DNA of 29,483 bases from Bryobacterales bacterium (GTDB lineage: Bacteria > Acidobacteriota > Terriglobia > Bryobacterales > Bryobacteraceae), in NCBI GenBank assembly GCA_043743755.1, contig JAYTVY010000710.1, positions 1-29,483 on the forward strand, in the 5' to 3' direction. The notes beneath the pieces were generated by a model. That model made no database searches and was not told where the DNA came from. It was given only the letters and a program-made list of their open reading frames with translations. The translations under genes and the position numbers were made by a program. The stretch's first letter is position 1; the number at the start of each line of letters is the position of its first letter. Below, one piece after another: positions 28,225-29,483 of this stretch.

Positions 28225-28754
28225 TGCTGAGAGTCCTTGCGTTCGTCGTCTTGATGGCCGCTGTATCGCTGTCTGCCCAAAAACCGGCGAATCCGTGGGC
28301 GTCCATCGAGTTCCTGCTGGGCGACTGGGTGGGCGAGGGCGGCGGCGGACCCGGCCAGGGCAGCGGCGAGTTCTCGTTCCATAAGGACCTGGACGGCAAA
28401 GTGATCGTCCGCAAAAACTTCGCGCAGTATCCCGGCGTGCGCCATGACGATTTGATGATCGTCTATCCGGACTCGGGAGCCTTGCGCGCTATCTACTTCG
28501 ACAGCGAGGGCCACGTCGTCAACTACTCGATACAAGGCGCGAAGGATTCCGCCGTGTTCCTCAGCGACGTGGTTCCCGCGGCCCAGCGCTTCCGCTTGAC
28601 GTACCAGCGTACCGGTCCGGACACCGCTGGCTTGAAGTTTGAAATCGCCCCGCCCGGTAAACCTGACGCGTTCGCAACGTACATCCAGGCTAAGGCGCGG
28701 CTCGTTAACGCGGCGCGCTCGTCAGCTTCTCCCACTCCGCATCCGACTCAATAG
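28224..28754 (+). CDS. Secreted hypothetical beta-barrel-like protein, 176 aa
   Basis: TGATG coupling to osmC; signal peptide [18 protein letters not shown]; FLLGDWVGEG...HDDLMIVY...YFDSEGHVVNY. Confidence 0.75.
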   Translation: MLRVLAFVVLMAAVSLSAQKPANPWASIEFLLGDWVGEGGGGPGQGSGEFSFHKDLDGKVIVRKNFAQYPGVRHDDLMIVYPDSGALRAIYFDSEGHVVNYSIQGAKDSAVFLSDVVPAAQRFRLTYQRTGPDTAGLKFEIAPPGKPDAFATYIQAKARLVNAARSSASPTPHPTQ

Positions 28755-29478
28755 CCACCGCGCCTTTGCTCAACGCCCACTCCACGAATCCCGGCGGCGC
28801 ATTCTTCACCTTGAACACATTGGCGAGTCTGATCGCCGCGATATCCGCCCACTTCATGTTCCGCAAATCACAGCTTTTCAGGTCCGCCGCCGTGAGATTT
28901 GCGCCGCCCAGCTTCGCGCCGGCAAGGTTGGCGCCCTCTAGATCGGCATCCTCAAGATTCGCGTATTGCAGATCCGCGTTCCGCAAGTCGCCATCGCGCA
29001 GATTCGCGTCCTTTAAGTTGGAGTACGTCAGATCCGCATCCTTCAGATCGCAATTTCGCAAGTCGGTGGCTTCAAAATTGGATCGCAGCAGCGGCGCCTT
29101 TACCAGCCGCACGCCCGCCAGAAACGCCCCCGCGGCATTCACGCCCACCAGCGATACATGGTCGTGATTCAGTTCCTGCAGCGCCTCGATCCGGCCCCCG
29201 CTGCCGCCCTTGCCCTGCGCCGTGTTGATCACCTGCCACGCCTGGTAGTGCTTCTGCTTTTTCCGGTCGGGAGCTTCGTTGAAATACACAGCCACGGCAA
29301 ACAAGACCGACAGAAAACTCGAGTACTCCAGGATCCTCAGCAAGCCCCATCGACCGAGATAATAAACAACCCACTCGACCACCCACTTGACTGCGAAAAT
29401 CGGCAGTTCCCAGCCATGCAGAAGCTCCGCGCGCTGGTCGGCCCACGGAGCTGGTTGTTGTCGGGGTCCGGATGGCAT
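28705..29478 (-). CDS. Membrane-anchored pentapeptide-repeat protein (true start may lie beyond the window)
   Basis: N-terminal hydrophobic helix, HYQAWQVIN..GRIEALQEL, then A[DN]Lxx repeats (ADLTY, SNLKD, ANLRD, ADLQY, ANLED, ADLEG, ANLAG). The frame is still open at the window edge. Confidence 0.88.
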   Translation of the reverse strand: MPSGPRQQPAPWADQRAELLHGWELPIFAVKWVVEWVVYYLGRWGLLRILEYSSFLSVLFAVAVYFNEAPDRKKQKHYQAWQVINTAQGKGGSGGRIEALQELNHDHVSLVGVNAAGAFLAGVRLVKAPLLRSNFEATDLRNCDLKDADLTYSNLKDANLRDGDLRNADLQYANLEDADLEGANLAGAKLGGANLTAADLKSCDLRNMKWADIAAIRLANVFKVKNAPPGFVEWALSKGAVAIESDAEWEKLTSAPR

Positions 29479-29483
29479 ACAGC

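Noticed and set aside
28900-29060. Periodic AGAT.CGC/AAGTT pattern as a DNA repeat array or CRISPR
   Set aside because: It is fully explained by 15-nt periodicity of pentapeptide codons; there is no repeat-spacer structure and no cas genes.

Overview
A GC-rich, gene-dense bacterial chromosome segment. The gene content and repeat style suggest Acidobacteriota (Solibacter/Bryobacter-like); this is an inference. In order it holds: the 5' part of a TPR protein (missed by the ORF track); a short decayed relic (Tat-type leader plus CusA C-terminus); two tandem YfhO/GT-C-like membrane paralogues; an orphan ORF6N (KilA-N-like) gene; and a class III aminotransferase with a Gfo/Idh/MocA oxidoreductase. 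Next come a secreted colicin-D/BECR-like small protein with an acidic partner, cysD-cysN-cysH-TauE, an anti-sigma/anti-anti-sigma pair, a small Zn-ribbon ORF, a beta-lactamase-family hydrolase and a phosphoribosyltransferase. The remainder holds a Tat alpha/beta hydrolase, metW-metX, a secreted hypothetical, a SAM methyltransferase, carAB, an ABC-permease relic, thiE-like-modC-modB, osmC, a secreted hypothetical and a pentapeptide-repeat protein. No rRNA, tRNA, CRISPR array or transposase was seen. The most striking unexplained signal is a perfect 12-bp/3-nt/12-bp palindrome inside the ORF6N coding sequence, encoding the L-V-S-Q-N-V-T-P segment. Also notable are the possible secreted RNase-inhibitor pair and two REP-like repeat families, one of which supplies the C-terminus and stop codon of carB and sits next to gene relics. 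All coordinates and counts were done by hand; no database searches were run.
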